This document shows, in pieces, positions 47,090-55,875 of a DNA stretch of 64,000 bases. The stretch spans positions 23,696 through 87,695 of the forward strand of contig CAZWVL010000006.1 in the NCBI GenBank assembly GCA_964637115.1, written 5' to 3'. A model generated the notes under the pieces. The model was not told the origin of the DNA, searched no databases, and saw nothing but the letters and a program-made list of their open reading frames with translations. The position numbers and the translations under genes were made by a program. Each line of letters opens with the position of its first letter. Position 1 is the stretch's first letter. The stretch is from an uncultured Methanosarcinales archaeon. Lineage in GTDB: Archaea; Nanobdellota; Nanobdellia; Woesearchaeales; ARS49.

Positions 47090-47913
47090 TTTGCCTTATT
47101 TACAGCAGCAATTGCAACTTCAATCTGCTTTGCGTTCGGCTGTCTAGTGGTAAGTTTTTGCGTCCAAATGCCTGGATAAGTCAACCACTTCAGCCACCGG
47201 TATTTTGCGCTAAACTTTAGGAGCTCATAAGAAATTCCTGCAATAACTGGAATAAGCAGCACTCTGACTGGCAGGTTAAAGTACCAATGAGGGGTACGGA
47301 TTAATGAAAATAAAATAATGCTGACAGCTACGACAAAAATTAACAAACTTGTGCCGCAGCGCGGATGCTCTGGAGGAAATTTTTTCACGTTACTGACTTT
47401 CAAAGGAAGTTTATGCTCGTAACAATGAACTGACATATGCTCTGCGCCATGATACTGGAACATTCTTCTCACATCGCCCATAAAGCCGATTGCGAATAAA
47501 TAAGCAAGAAAAACCAACAAACGCACAACGCCGTCAAGAAAACCAAAACGCACTGTGCTAGGATCGTAGACGAATTTTGCAGCATAATAAGGCAAAAGAA
47601 CAAACAAACCAATTGTCAGCAGAATTGCAAGACCAAAAGTAATAACCCATTCCATTGGACCAAGCTCTTCCTCATCACCCTGCTGGTTGGCACTCCACGT
47701 CAAAGCCTTAATGCCAACAACCATCATCTCAAACAAATGAATAATTCCGCGAATGAAAGGAAGATTCAGCAATTTATGACGCTGCGTGGCTGAAACAAAC
47801 TTGTCACGCTTTATTTTGATTTTTTTATTCGGCAGGCGGACTGCAATGGAAATGTTGTCAGGCGCCTTAATCATAACGCCTTCTATCAATGCCTGGCCGC
47901 CAAGAGGTTTCAT
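47086..47913 (-). CDS. DUF1385 family membrane protein
   Basis: GGQALIEGVM, PFIRG, FQYHGAEH, HPRCGTS, LTTRQP motifs. Confidence 0.92.
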   Translation of the reverse strand: MKPLGGQALIEGVMIKAPDNISIAVRLPNKKIKIKRDKFVSATQRHKLLNLPFIRGIIHLFEMMVVGIKALTWSANQQGDEEELGPMEWVITFGLAILLTIGLFVLLPYYAAKFVYDPSTVRFGFLDGVVRLLVFLAYLFAIGFMGDVRRMFQYHGAEHMSVHCYEHKLPLKVSNVKKFPPEHPRCGTSLLIFVVAVSIILFSLIRTPHWYFNLPVRVLLIPVIAGISYELLKFSAKYRWLKWLTYPGIWTQKLTTRQPNAKQIEVAIAAVNKAK

Positions 47914-48539
47914 ATTTCCACACTACTCCCCGGCTCCAATATCTTCACAGGAACATTGGCAAGTTCACGGAACAGGTCTGCATCATCACGAGTGCCGACT
48001 ATTCCTCCCCAATGGATGGGAATTGCAAGCCTTGGCTGAATATGAGACGCGATCTGCGCGGCTTCTCTCGAAGCAGCAGTATAAGTGCCTCCAACAGATA
48101 TCAAAAGAACGTCAGGCTTCATGGCCTCCAATTGAGGCATGAAATCAGAATCAGCCATGAAATAAACAATCTTGTTTTCTGCAAGCAATGTGAAGCCAAG
48201 AGCGCTTTCACTTTCTTTATGACGGATAACATCAACGTGCGGGTTTGCAACAGGCATGCCAACAACTTCAATACCGTCAAACTTCCTGCTTTCTCCAACA
48301 TTCAGGATACTGCAAGGAAAAATTTCCCTGGCAACTTCCAAAGTACCAAGAATGTGAGTATTATCGCTTGAAGCTTTCCTGACTTTTGCAATACTGCAAT
48401 GGTCAAAATGAAAACGCGAAATAAGAACCAACGTACCAGGCTTGTACCAGTCATCAGAACCTGCGTAAGGGTCAATGTAAATAACTTGGTTGCCTGTTTC
48501 AAGCTTGACAGAAGAATGGCCGAGCCATGTAAGACGCAT
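47910..48539 (-). CDS. MBL-fold metallo-hydrolase
   Basis: WLGHSS, IDPY, SRFHFDH (variant of THxHxDH), PIHWG motifs. Confidence 0.85.
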   Translation of the reverse strand: MRLTWLGHSSVKLETGNQVIYIDPYAGSDDWYKPGTLVLISRFHFDHCSIAKVRKASSDNTHILGTLEVAREIFPCSILNVGESRKFDGIEVVGMPVANPHVDVIRHKESESALGFTLLAENKIVYFMADSDFMPQLEAMKPDVLLISVGGTYTAASREAAQIASHIQPRLAIPIHWGGIVGTRDDADLFRELANVPVKILEPGSSVEI

Positions 48540-48577
48540 ATAGAAAGAAGCTTTCGAGTATTTATAAACGTTTGCGC

Positions 48578-48850
48578 TTATTCTGAAAGTGAGTAAATAT
48601 TATCGTGGTGATCATAATATCTGAAAATGATTAAGTCGCCCTCAAGCCTGAATAAAAGAACAAAGCTTGAGTGAATATGAACCCTCTTGTACTTTTGAAG
48701 CGGGGCTTTCAGGTTTTTGTAGTGATCGATGTCATCGCACTTAACGATTTCGTCAATTTTGTTAAGAATTGCATCACGCTGCACTTTATCCCGCTTGGCA
48801 AGTTTTAAGAGAATCTTATCCAGATCGGGATGAATCTCATACTCACGCAT
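48578..48850 (-). CDS. RelE/YafQ-like mRNA interferase toxin
   Basis: 90 aa, YKNLKAPLQKYKRVHI..SFVLLF and YDHHDNIY motifs. Confidence 0.85.
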   Translation of the reverse strand: MREYEIHPDLDKILLKLAKRDKVQRDAILNKIDEIVKCDDIDHYKNLKAPLQKYKRVHIHSSFVLLFRLEGDLIIFRYYDHHDNIYSLSE

Positions 48851-49076
48851 ATCTCTTTCTCAACTCATCCACAGATTTGAATCTTATTCCCTTCAGATGC
48901 TCGGTTTTCTTGATTTTCTTAACGAAGTCAGGGCGCAGCTCAGGTTCCATATGTTCTTTCATGTAGACCGTCACAACCAGAGTTATAGCTTCGACTTTGT
49001 TCTTTAGCTTGTGCTGAGCTTTGACTATGTTCAGAGTCTGGTTTATTTCATCCGGAATATCAAGCAACGCTTTCAT
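48843..49076 (-). CDS. DUF2683-family antitoxin
   Basis: LNIVKAQHKLKNK.EAI and EPELRPDF motifs. Directly upstream of the toxin. Confidence 0.78.
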   Translation of the reverse strand: MKALLDIPDEINQTLNIVKAQHKLKNKVEAITLVVTVYMKEHMEPELRPDFVKKIKKTEHLKGIRFKSVDELRKRYA

Positions 49077-49084
49077 TTTTCACC

Positions 49085-49135
49085 TTGTTAATAGTTGTTA
49101 ACAACTGTTAACAGTTGTTAATATTTAAAGGTTTC
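49085..49135 (-). promoter_or_regulatory. TA operon promoter with four tandem 10-bp operator units
   Basis: TTGTTAATAG TTGTTAACAA CTGTTAACAG TTGTTAATAT, followed by minus-strand GAAACCTTTAAATAT (BRE-TATA). Confidence 0.65.
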
Positions 49136-49142
49136 TGTTAAA

Positions 49143-49231
49143 TAGTAAACGCCAAATGTAATAGGACGAGAATGTGGCGTTTACTAGTTAGTGAAGGACA
49201 CAAATGTCCAATGAATAATGTCCTTCACTAA
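49143..49231. repeat. Two adjacent perfect inverted repeats
   Basis: TAGTAAACGCCA/TGGCGTTTACTA (12 bp) and TTAGTGAAGGACA/TGTCCTTCACTAA (13 bp). Confidence 0.8.
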
Positions 49232-49255
49232 AATGAAGAAAAAAAATTAAAAAAA

Positions 49256-49609
49256 TTAATTTTTGCTCAAAGCCCACTTGCCTGGGCCAGAAAGCCAGAT
49301 TGATATGAGACCAGACAAGATGCTGATGCCAGTTGTTACCTGATTTGTAGTGGAGATAACTACAATCATAACAATCGCCAACGGAATTGTTGTCCACTTG
49401 GCCTTGAAACCAAGCAAAACTGAGGCGCCACACAGAACTTCAACCAGGATTAACAGCCACGCCCAGAATGATGCTCCTGGAAAGCCCATTCCATCAAGCA
49501 TTCCAACAACCATTGAAGGATTTAACAACTTCATAATGCCGGCGTATACAAAAATTCCACCAACACCCAATCTCAGCACAAATGGCGCATATCCTTTCAT
49601 TAAAACCAC
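49256..49609 (-). CDS. DoxX family membrane protein
   Basis: LRLGVGGIFVYAGIMK, VEVLCG, GPGKWALS motifs. Confidence 0.9.
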   Translation of the reverse strand: MVLMKGYAPFVLRLGVGGIFVYAGIMKLLNPSMVVGMLDGMGFPGASFWAWLLILVEVLCGASVLLGFKAKWTTIPLAIVMIVVISTTNQVTTGISILSGLISIWLSGPGKWALSKN

Positions 49610-49652
49610 CCTACTTCAGAACAGAGATTCCTGTTAATAAAGATTGTTGCGA

Positions 49653-50510
49653 TTAACTATGCGTTTGCTTCTCAAGCTGATGGAAGACGTGAGCTGCGGC
49701 AATAATGCTCAAAGGAATAGTAATTATAATACCAATCCCAAGCGCGATAACACCAAGCAAATTGACACCAAGCAAAGCAAAAGAAAAAACGATAAGCTTT
49801 CCTTTCACACCGGCTGTCAGGGCAGAACTCTTCCTCAAGGCTGCCAAAGGACCCAAACGCTCCTTCACGATAACAAAAGGATAAAATCCAAATTGAACAG
49901 CCCAGATGATTCCAGGAATGACAAACAACACAAGACCGACAGCAACGACAACAGAGTATAAAACTGCCGCGACTAAGTATTTCAACAGCAAGGCAAAACA
50001 GGAAAACAACTCCTTGAACTCGGGAGCTTTCCCATCAACCACGTCAACTGTCAGTTTGATGTAGCCAAGACTTATCCCGCTGAGAAACAGGCCAAGCACT
50101 ACCCGCGTGCCAATAGCACGCGCGCCAGAAGTCATGAAAGAAAGCGCACTGAAAAGGAAAAAAATGCCAACGAAAAACCAAAAATGAGACTTGACAGAAT
50201 TCCAGCCAAACTCCATTGCATCGCCGATAATTATTTGTTTGTGCGATTCACTGGATTCAGGCTCTTCGGGCTCTTCCACTTCTTCAACTTCCTTTTGCTC
50301 TTCAACCTTTTCAGGCTCTTCCACAGGCGTTTCTTCTTTAATTTCAGGAACGCTTTCCTGAACAGGCTGCGGAGGAAGTTCACGGGTAGCTATAGGAACA
50401 ATGGCTGGAGCTTCCTGGTGCTTACCAGCAGTTTTTCGCGGGCTAACGGCCTTTGATTTCCTCAATTTAGGCTTGACCGCTTTCACCTTCTTTTTCTTAG
50501 GCATAACCAT
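49653..50510 (-). CDS. Integral membrane protein (DUF975-like) with basic/acidic disordered N-terminus
   Basis: AMEFGW, FKELF, PGIIWAV.F.F.P, ALRKS..LT.G motifs. Start moved to 50510 or 50504 from TATA position. Confidence 0.7.
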   Translation of the reverse strand: MVMPKKKKVKAVKPKLRKSKAVSPRKTAGKHQEAPAIVPIATRELPPQPVQESVPEIKEETPVEEPEKVEEQKEVEEVEEPEEPESSESHKQIIIGDAMEFGWNSVKSHFWFFVGIFFLFSALSFMTSGARAIGTRVVLGLFLSGISLGYIKLTVDVVDGKAPEFKELFSCFALLLKYLVAAVLYSVVVAVGLVLFVIPGIIWAVQFGFYPFVIVKERLGPLAALRKSSALTAGVKGKLIVFSFALLGVNLLGVIALGIGIIITIPLSIIAAAHVFHQLEKQTHS

Positions 50511-50687
50511 TTTCAAGACGGAGGCATTTATAAAGGTAATGAACGATTTCGCATACATTAACTGCACGGAAAGATTTATATTCTGCACAATACACTTTAA
50601 TCGTTATGAAACGAGTTGGTTTAGTTCACAAATAAACGAGATTCTTCTAGTTATATTTATAAAGAAAATACGACCAAACAGAAAGCT

Positions 50688-51956
50688 ATGCAGTTCCAAC
50701 GCATAAAAGGGGCAGAGGACTTTTATCCAACAGAGCAGGCAATACGCGAAGCGATATACAACAAACTGGAAGAGCAATCAAAGAAATTTGGATTCCAAAG
50801 AGTGGATATGCCCGCGATTGAAACAATAAAGTTGCTTACTGCAAAAAGCGGCGAAGAAGTCAAGCAGCAGATTTTTGTTTTGGAGCAGAAAGGTTCAGAA
50901 GAACTGGGATTGAGGTTTGATTTAACAGTTCCAATGACCAGAATGTTTGTAACAAAACAAAAAGAACTGCAAAAGCCGGTAAAGTGGTTCTCAATCAACA
51001 AAATGTGGCGATATGAAGCACCGCAGGCAGGAAGGCAGAGAGAGTTTTCACAATTATCTGTTGAGTTATTTGGGTCTGAGAAACCAGAAGCAGATGCGCA
51101 GTGCATTAATTTGATAATTGCATGCCTGGAAAGTCTCGGGTTGACGAACAAAGACTTTGCCATTAGAATCAACAACAGAAAATTGTTGGAAGGATTGTTG
51201 CTTGAAGTGGTTTCACAAGACAAACTACCTGATGTTGTGAGAATTGTTGACAAGTCTGCAAAAATTGGCGAGATAGAATTTGCACAAGAACTCAAAAAAC
51301 TAGGAATTGAGATGCAGAAAATCGAAGTCATCAAAAAAATAACAAAATGCCAGGGAAATCCAAGCATTCTAACAACAATTAAGAACGAATTAAAGCCAAA
51401 TGCCTTGGCGATGGAAGGATTGACTGAATTAGAAAATACGCTTTCTTTTGTCGACAAAAAGTATATCACGGTAAACTTGAGCATTGCAAGAGGACTCGCG
51501 TATTACACTGGAAACGTCTACGAGTGCTATGACAAAGAGGGAAAGTATAGAGCATTAGCTGGAGGCGGACGATATGATCAGCTCGTGCAATTATTAGGCG
51601 GGGAACCAACACCAGCAACAGGATTTGCAATCGGAATGGAAACATTGCGGTTAGTGCTTGAAGAAAAAGGAAAACTGCCGAAAGTTGAGATAGCTCCGGA
51701 ATATTACATTGCACCAGTTAATGAGACAATGATTCCAAAGGCACTTGAGATTGCGCAAAAATTAAGAGAAAAATACACGGTTGACATCGACCTGATGAGA
51801 AGAAAATTAGTCAAGCAGTTTGAATACGCGAATGCCTTGGGCGCGAAGAAAATAATCATTGTAGGCGAGAAAGACCTTGCGGAAGGCAAGGTAACAATCA
51901 GAGAACTTGCGAGCGGGAAAGAGGAGAAGATTCTTCTAAGCAATCTGATTCAATAA
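50688..51956 (+). CDS. hisS: Histidine--tRNA ligase
   Basis: IKGAEDF, LRFDLT, RYE.PQ.GR.REF.Q, ARGLAYYTG, GGGRYD, GFAIG motifs and anticodon-binding C-terminus. Confidence 0.97.
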   Translation: MQFQRIKGAEDFYPTEQAIREAIYNKLEEQSKKFGFQRVDMPAIETIKLLTAKSGEEVKQQIFVLEQKGSEELGLRFDLTVPMTRMFVTKQKELQKPVKWFSINKMWRYEAPQAGRQREFSQLSVELFGSEKPEADAQCINLIIACLESLGLTNKDFAIRINNRKLLEGLLLEVVSQDKLPDVVRIVDKSAKIGEIEFAQELKKLGIEMQKIEVIKKITKCQGNPSILTTIKNELKPNALAMEGLTELENTLSFVDKKYITVNLSIARGLAYYTGNVYECYDKEGKYRALAGGGRYDQLVQLLGGEPTPATGFAIGMETLRLVLEEKGKLPKVEIAPEYYIAPVNETMIPKALEIAQKLREKYTVDIDLMRRKLVKQFEYANALGAKKIIIVGEKDLAEGKVTIRELASGKEEKILLSNLIQ

Positions 51957-52116
51957 CAGGAAGATCAAAGACTTCTGCGGTGTTAAACTCAATAAAATCA
52001 CCTTCTATTGAATAAACTGAATTAGTCGTCACTGCATTTTTCTGGACTGCACTGTACAGAAAAATTACTGCAATAATAAGCAATAATACCAATCTGAAGT
52101 CCACACGTTTCTTCAT
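51898..52116 (-). CDS. Small membrane-anchored hypothetical protein
   Basis: N-terminal TM helix and upstream GAAACCTTTAT box. Overlaps the hisS 3' end. Confidence 0.45.
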   Translation of the reverse strand: MKKRVDFRLVLLLIIAVIFLYSAVQKNAVTTNSVYSIEGDFIEFNTAEVFDLPVIESDCLEESSPLSRSQVL

Positions 52117-52162
52117 GCTTCGACAATAGTCTGTATGCTCTCATAAAGGTTTCGATGCTAAA

Positions 52163-53317
52163 TTACAAATCCACCACTCTATGAATATCGCCAGCAAGAG
52201 GCCTCACGTAATCGAGATACGAGTCATTAATTATGCCCGGAGGGCCGAGGAATTCCTCAGGCAGCATTTTCATCACTTTTTTACCAGGAGTAGCAACACG
52301 TTCCAAATCAACAGCCACGTAATCAGTAACGCAAGGATTGTTTGAAATGCGCTTAATGGAAACCATGACTGGCCTGTCATTCTCAAGAACATATCTGGCA
52401 GCCATCTTGCCAACCATAAATGCGTCACGGCTGTCTTTTTCAGAATAAGCCAGAGGAGAACAACGCTGAGGATAGCCGTATTTGTCAATCCTTGCCTCAC
52501 GCCTCATCCGCGCTAGAATTGCGCCACTTAAAAACAATTCAAGACCAAAACCTGAAGAAAGCTGCGTATCTTTGCTGCCGATAAACTTCTCACCATAAGA
52601 TTCAGAGATAACGACATGAGCAAATCCGTGCTTGGAATAAACATCCTCAATATCATTCAGGATTCCGCCAAGATTTGCATTGTGCTCGCCAACATAAATC
52701 AGATGAGGGCCCTTAATCCCGGCATCACGTGCCAAAAGAGAAGCAGCAGTCAGCCAACCGCTCACGCGCCCCATAACAACATCCACGTGAATATGTTTAC
52801 ATGCCTTCGCGTCAAGATAAGTTCCGACAGCATTATTTGCAACATACTGAGCAGCAGTTCCAAAACCAGGACAATGGGCTGTTTCTGGCAAATCATTGTC
52901 AATTGTCTTAGGAGCATGGACAACGTTCAGCCGCAAACCTCTTTTGCGCGCCTCACGATATAACGTCAATGCGGTTTCTGCAGTGTCACCACCACCATTG
53001 GCAATAACATGCGTTATCTCGTGCTTGCGAAGAACATCGCATACTTTGTCAACAACTTCCGGCCTCTGCCCATAAAGCTCCATGCGCGAAGTGCCAAACG
53101 CAGCAGAAGGTGTGCGGGCAACTGCAGCCATATCAAGCCGATCCATATCAATAAAATCTTCCTTCAGTATCCCTTCAATGCCGTGACGCGCGGCAAGAAC
53201 TTTGCCGAACTTGACATTAGAATTCATCCTATCATGAGACACTTCTGTGTAAATTCCATAAGCTGTTTCATTGATGACGCGGGTTGGACCGCCGGACTGA
53301 AAATAAAGCAGATTCAT
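52163..53317 (-). CDS. pfp: PfkA-family phosphofructokinase, probably PPi-dependent
   Basis: QSGGPT, GGGD, PKTIDNDL, MGR, GYPQR motifs. GGAGG SD before ATG 53317. Confidence 0.8.
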   Translation of the reverse strand: MNLLYFQSGGPTRVINETAYGIYTEVSHDRMNSNVKFGKVLAARHGIEGILKEDFIDMDRLDMAAVARTPSAAFGTSRMELYGQRPEVVDKVCDVLRKHEITHVIANGGGDTAETALTLYREARKRGLRLNVVHAPKTIDNDLPETAHCPGFGTAAQYVANNAVGTYLDAKACKHIHVDVVMGRVSGWLTAASLLARDAGIKGPHLIYVGEHNANLGGILNDIEDVYSKHGFAHVVISESYGEKFIGSKDTQLSSGFGLELFLSGAILARMRREARIDKYGYPQRCSPLAYSEKDSRDAFMVGKMAARYVLENDRPVMVSIKRISNNPCVTDYVAVDLERVATPGKKVMKMLPEEFLGPPGIINDSYLDYVRPLAGDIHRVVDL

Positions 53318-53356
53318 ATTACCAACCTCCACACATCCATCAACCTGTCTGAACAC

Positions 53357-53926
53357 TCAACCATATGGTTTCACCATCAACTGCTGAAATCTCTCTTTTT
53401 TTGCATCCAGAATAAAACCGAGCACCAACGTGTAATGGTCGCGCCAGCCAGCAGCATGCTTCTTAGCCCAGTCTAACGCAACACTCTCATGGTCTGCTGT
53501 TCCACGATACAAAGCCTCCTTTCTAATCTCATCCAACTGCATCTTCACTTCAGTTGGCATGTCGATAGACTTGCGCTGAAGCAATAACAGCTTGAGCGCA
53601 ACCAAACGATCGGTTGAAAACTTTTTTTGCACACGCTCAATCATTCCACTGTTCTTCTCAACAAAGGAAACAAGCTTTTCCTCAAGCGCGCCGTATTTTC
53701 CTGACTTATACTCGCGCTCTATCCCGATAATTTCAGGATTTCCAAACTTCCCATACCTTGCGGTCCAGTCAGCAATCGCAACATCATAGCCAACATCCCT
53801 GCCAACTTGCTCGGACAGATACCATTTGTGCTTGTCAATGTCGCCGCAGAGACACCTTGCCTGCTCAATGAAAGCAGCTCCGTGCTCTTTCAACAAACCA
53901 CGCAATGCGAGCTCGAGCTTAGACAT
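53357..53926 (-). CDS. Hypothetical protein with DUF4032-like HKWYLSE motif
   Basis: HKWYLSEQVGRDVG..VAIADW plus a degenerate second copy ...HESVALDW. Confidence 0.55.
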   Translation of the reverse strand: MSKLELALRGLLKEHGAAFIEQARCLCGDIDKHKWYLSEQVGRDVGYDVAIADWTARYGKFGNPEIIGIEREYKSGKYGALEEKLVSFVEKNSGMIERVQKKFSTDRLVALKLLLLQRKSIDMPTEVKMQLDEIRKEALYRGTADHESVALDWAKKHAAGWRDHYTLVLGFILDAKKERFQQLMVKPYG

Positions 53927-54785
53927 CTTTGCCAGCTCTCCTCAGAATATCTGCAATATTTTGCTTGATTTTTTCGTGCGGCTGAGGACCAAGCGACCGG
54001 ATGGTTTCTACCACCACATTGTAATCAAGCCTTCCCAGTTCAAATTTAGACTTAAGATTGCCAACATATTCACACAATTCGGGAAGTTTGCTGATTTCCT
54101 CCTTGTATATGACTTTTGTATTAGCCCATATACTCGTGTTGAAAGAAATATCATCACCTATTCGCGGATCTCCAAAAGGCCCTCTGATATTCAGCTGCTG
54201 ATTGACAAAGCTGAATTTCATATCACCCGTTTCAACCACCTCGTCATCACAATCAACGTAATTTGCGCTTGCTATTGCACCATAAGCGACAACAGAACCC
54301 TTTGCCTCAAAGCCAGAATCGATTTCACGTAACTTCTTATTTTCAACATAATTGATGACCAATCCCTTGGCCCGCGTTCCGCTCCTATCATAGCCATTGC
54401 CTCTGTTTACGAATACCTTATCCGGCGGCAACTCATAGGCAAGATTGGAAACTTTAATTTCCAGATTGTAAAATATTTTCTTTTCTTCAGACTTGTTGTA
54501 GACTGCTGATATGAAACAACCTGCACGCCCTATTTCCACCTCACTCAATTCCCGATTAAATAAAAGACCGTGTGCCTCCTCAGACGTCGCTTGAATACCT
54601 TCCAGAAGACTGCTCGCACAATCATACAGGCCATAACCACACATATAATCATAATAAAAGCCTGAATAATCCCTTCTTTGAGAAATGTCCAAGTACTTCT
54701 CAAACAAATCCTTCAGCTTTTTGTCAGGTTCGGCGTAGTTTGGACTTGCGTGACCTGCCAAATCATCAAACGGCTTTTGGCTCAT
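53919..54785 (-). CDS. Hypothetical protein
   Basis: Long ORF in the operon frame, overlapping both neighbours. No recognised motif. Confidence 0.6.
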   Translation of the reverse strand: MSQKPFDDLAGHASPNYAEPDKKLKDLFEKYLDISQRRDYSGFYYDYMCGYGLYDCASSLLEGIQATSEEAHGLLFNRELSEVEIGRAGCFISAVYNKSEEKKIFYNLEIKVSNLAYELPPDKVFVNRGNGYDRSGTRAKGLVINYVENKKLREIDSGFEAKGSVVAYGAIASANYVDCDDEVVETGDMKFSFVNQQLNIRGPFGDPRIGDDISFNTSIWANTKVIYKEEISKLPELCEYVGNLKSKFELGRLDYNVVVETIRSLGPQPHEKIKQNIADILRRAGKDV

Positions 54786-55740
54786 TGGCTTCCTTTTGCT
54801 GGCGTTCAATCACGGGCTTCAGCATCTCTACAAATTTATCCTTCATTCCTTTCCTGGCAACTATCAGAGTCAGCGGGTCGTCGTTACTCTTATAAGTGTC
54901 CAACGAGTTTCCGTGTATATCAGAAACTTCCAGACCACAGCCGAGCGCTATAGGAATGACTCCTGCAACATCATATGGATAGAGCATTGCGCCATGTCCA
55001 GGCCAGAGCGCTCGCGGGTCGATATACGCGTCAGACTGATTCCTGATAATGTTCAGAATATCCTGTGCTGTCGCGCGGCAACCTTCATACACCCGGTAAT
55101 ACTTCTTGTTCTTGTCGGCATCAACGATTGCCTGTTCAATCTGCGCCTTCTTTCCTCTCTCAGTATGACAGTAGCCGGAAACAATTATGCGCAAACACGA
55201 ATCACCCTTTGGCTCGGCAAAATCTTTCGGATCAAGCAATTTCCCGTTATGAAACGCCATATAGCCACCTTCAACCCTCATTCCCGACCACACACTCTGC
55301 TCGTACATGTCAAACAAGGTTCCAAGCACAATGGAATTCAGGCTCAAATCCTCGGACAACGCCATAGAAACAGCCGACAAAGGCGGATAGTTAAATTTTG
55401 AAGCAGATTCTCTCTTTACATTGGTCGTTCCGTCGACCTCATCAATACGCAAATAACCTTTGACGCTGCCAATCTTACCCTTAAGATCCTGCAACTCATG
55501 CGATTCAAAAAAATATTTTCCAACGAACCTGTCCTTTTCTGGCAAGCTCCGCATACGCTCCTCAAGAGCACCCAACACGGTTTTAAACGCAAAGATGTCG
55601 ATTTTGGACTCTTCACTGCCATGCACGTGCCTGGTATCACCCACTGGGCCTTCATATCTCAAAATCTCCTTGCCAGCAGTGCTCGCCACATCCTCCAATA
55701 AAAACATATATTCTCTTTTCAATCCAAATGAATTAAACAT
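54766..55740 (-). CDS. Inositol monophosphatase / archaeal FBPase (FIG superfamily)
   Basis: IDEVDGTTN (DPxDGT variant), YDVAG (WDxAA variant). GAGGTGG SD before ATG 55740. Confidence 0.8.
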   Translation of the reverse strand: MFNSFGLKREYMFLLEDVASTAGKEILRYEGPVGDTRHVHGSEESKIDIFAFKTVLGALEERMRSLPEKDRFVGKYFFESHELQDLKGKIGSVKGYLRIDEVDGTTNVKRESASKFNYPPLSAVSMALSEDLSLNSIVLGTLFDMYEQSVWSGMRVEGGYMAFHNGKLLDPKDFAEPKGDSCLRIIVSGYCHTERGKKAQIEQAIVDADKNKKYYRVYEGCRATAQDILNIIRNQSDAYIDPRALWPGHGAMLYPYDVAGVIPIALGCGLEVSDIHGNSLDTYKSNDDPLTLIVARKGMKDKFVEMLKPVIERQQKEANEPKAV

Positions 55741-55875
55741 ACAGACCACCTCGCGTTGCATTTTTTGGACGCACCATCTCAAACATATTTTCCAAACTTC
55801 CAAACTGCGGTTTTGTCATTTTCTTTCCTCCAAAGCTAACGCTAACTTGATGCGTTCGCTCGACTTAATTACACG

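Noticed and set aside
49143-49186. attC site
   Set aside because: AAC...GTT is present, but the RYYYAAC/GTTRRRY boxes and extrahelical bases do not fit.
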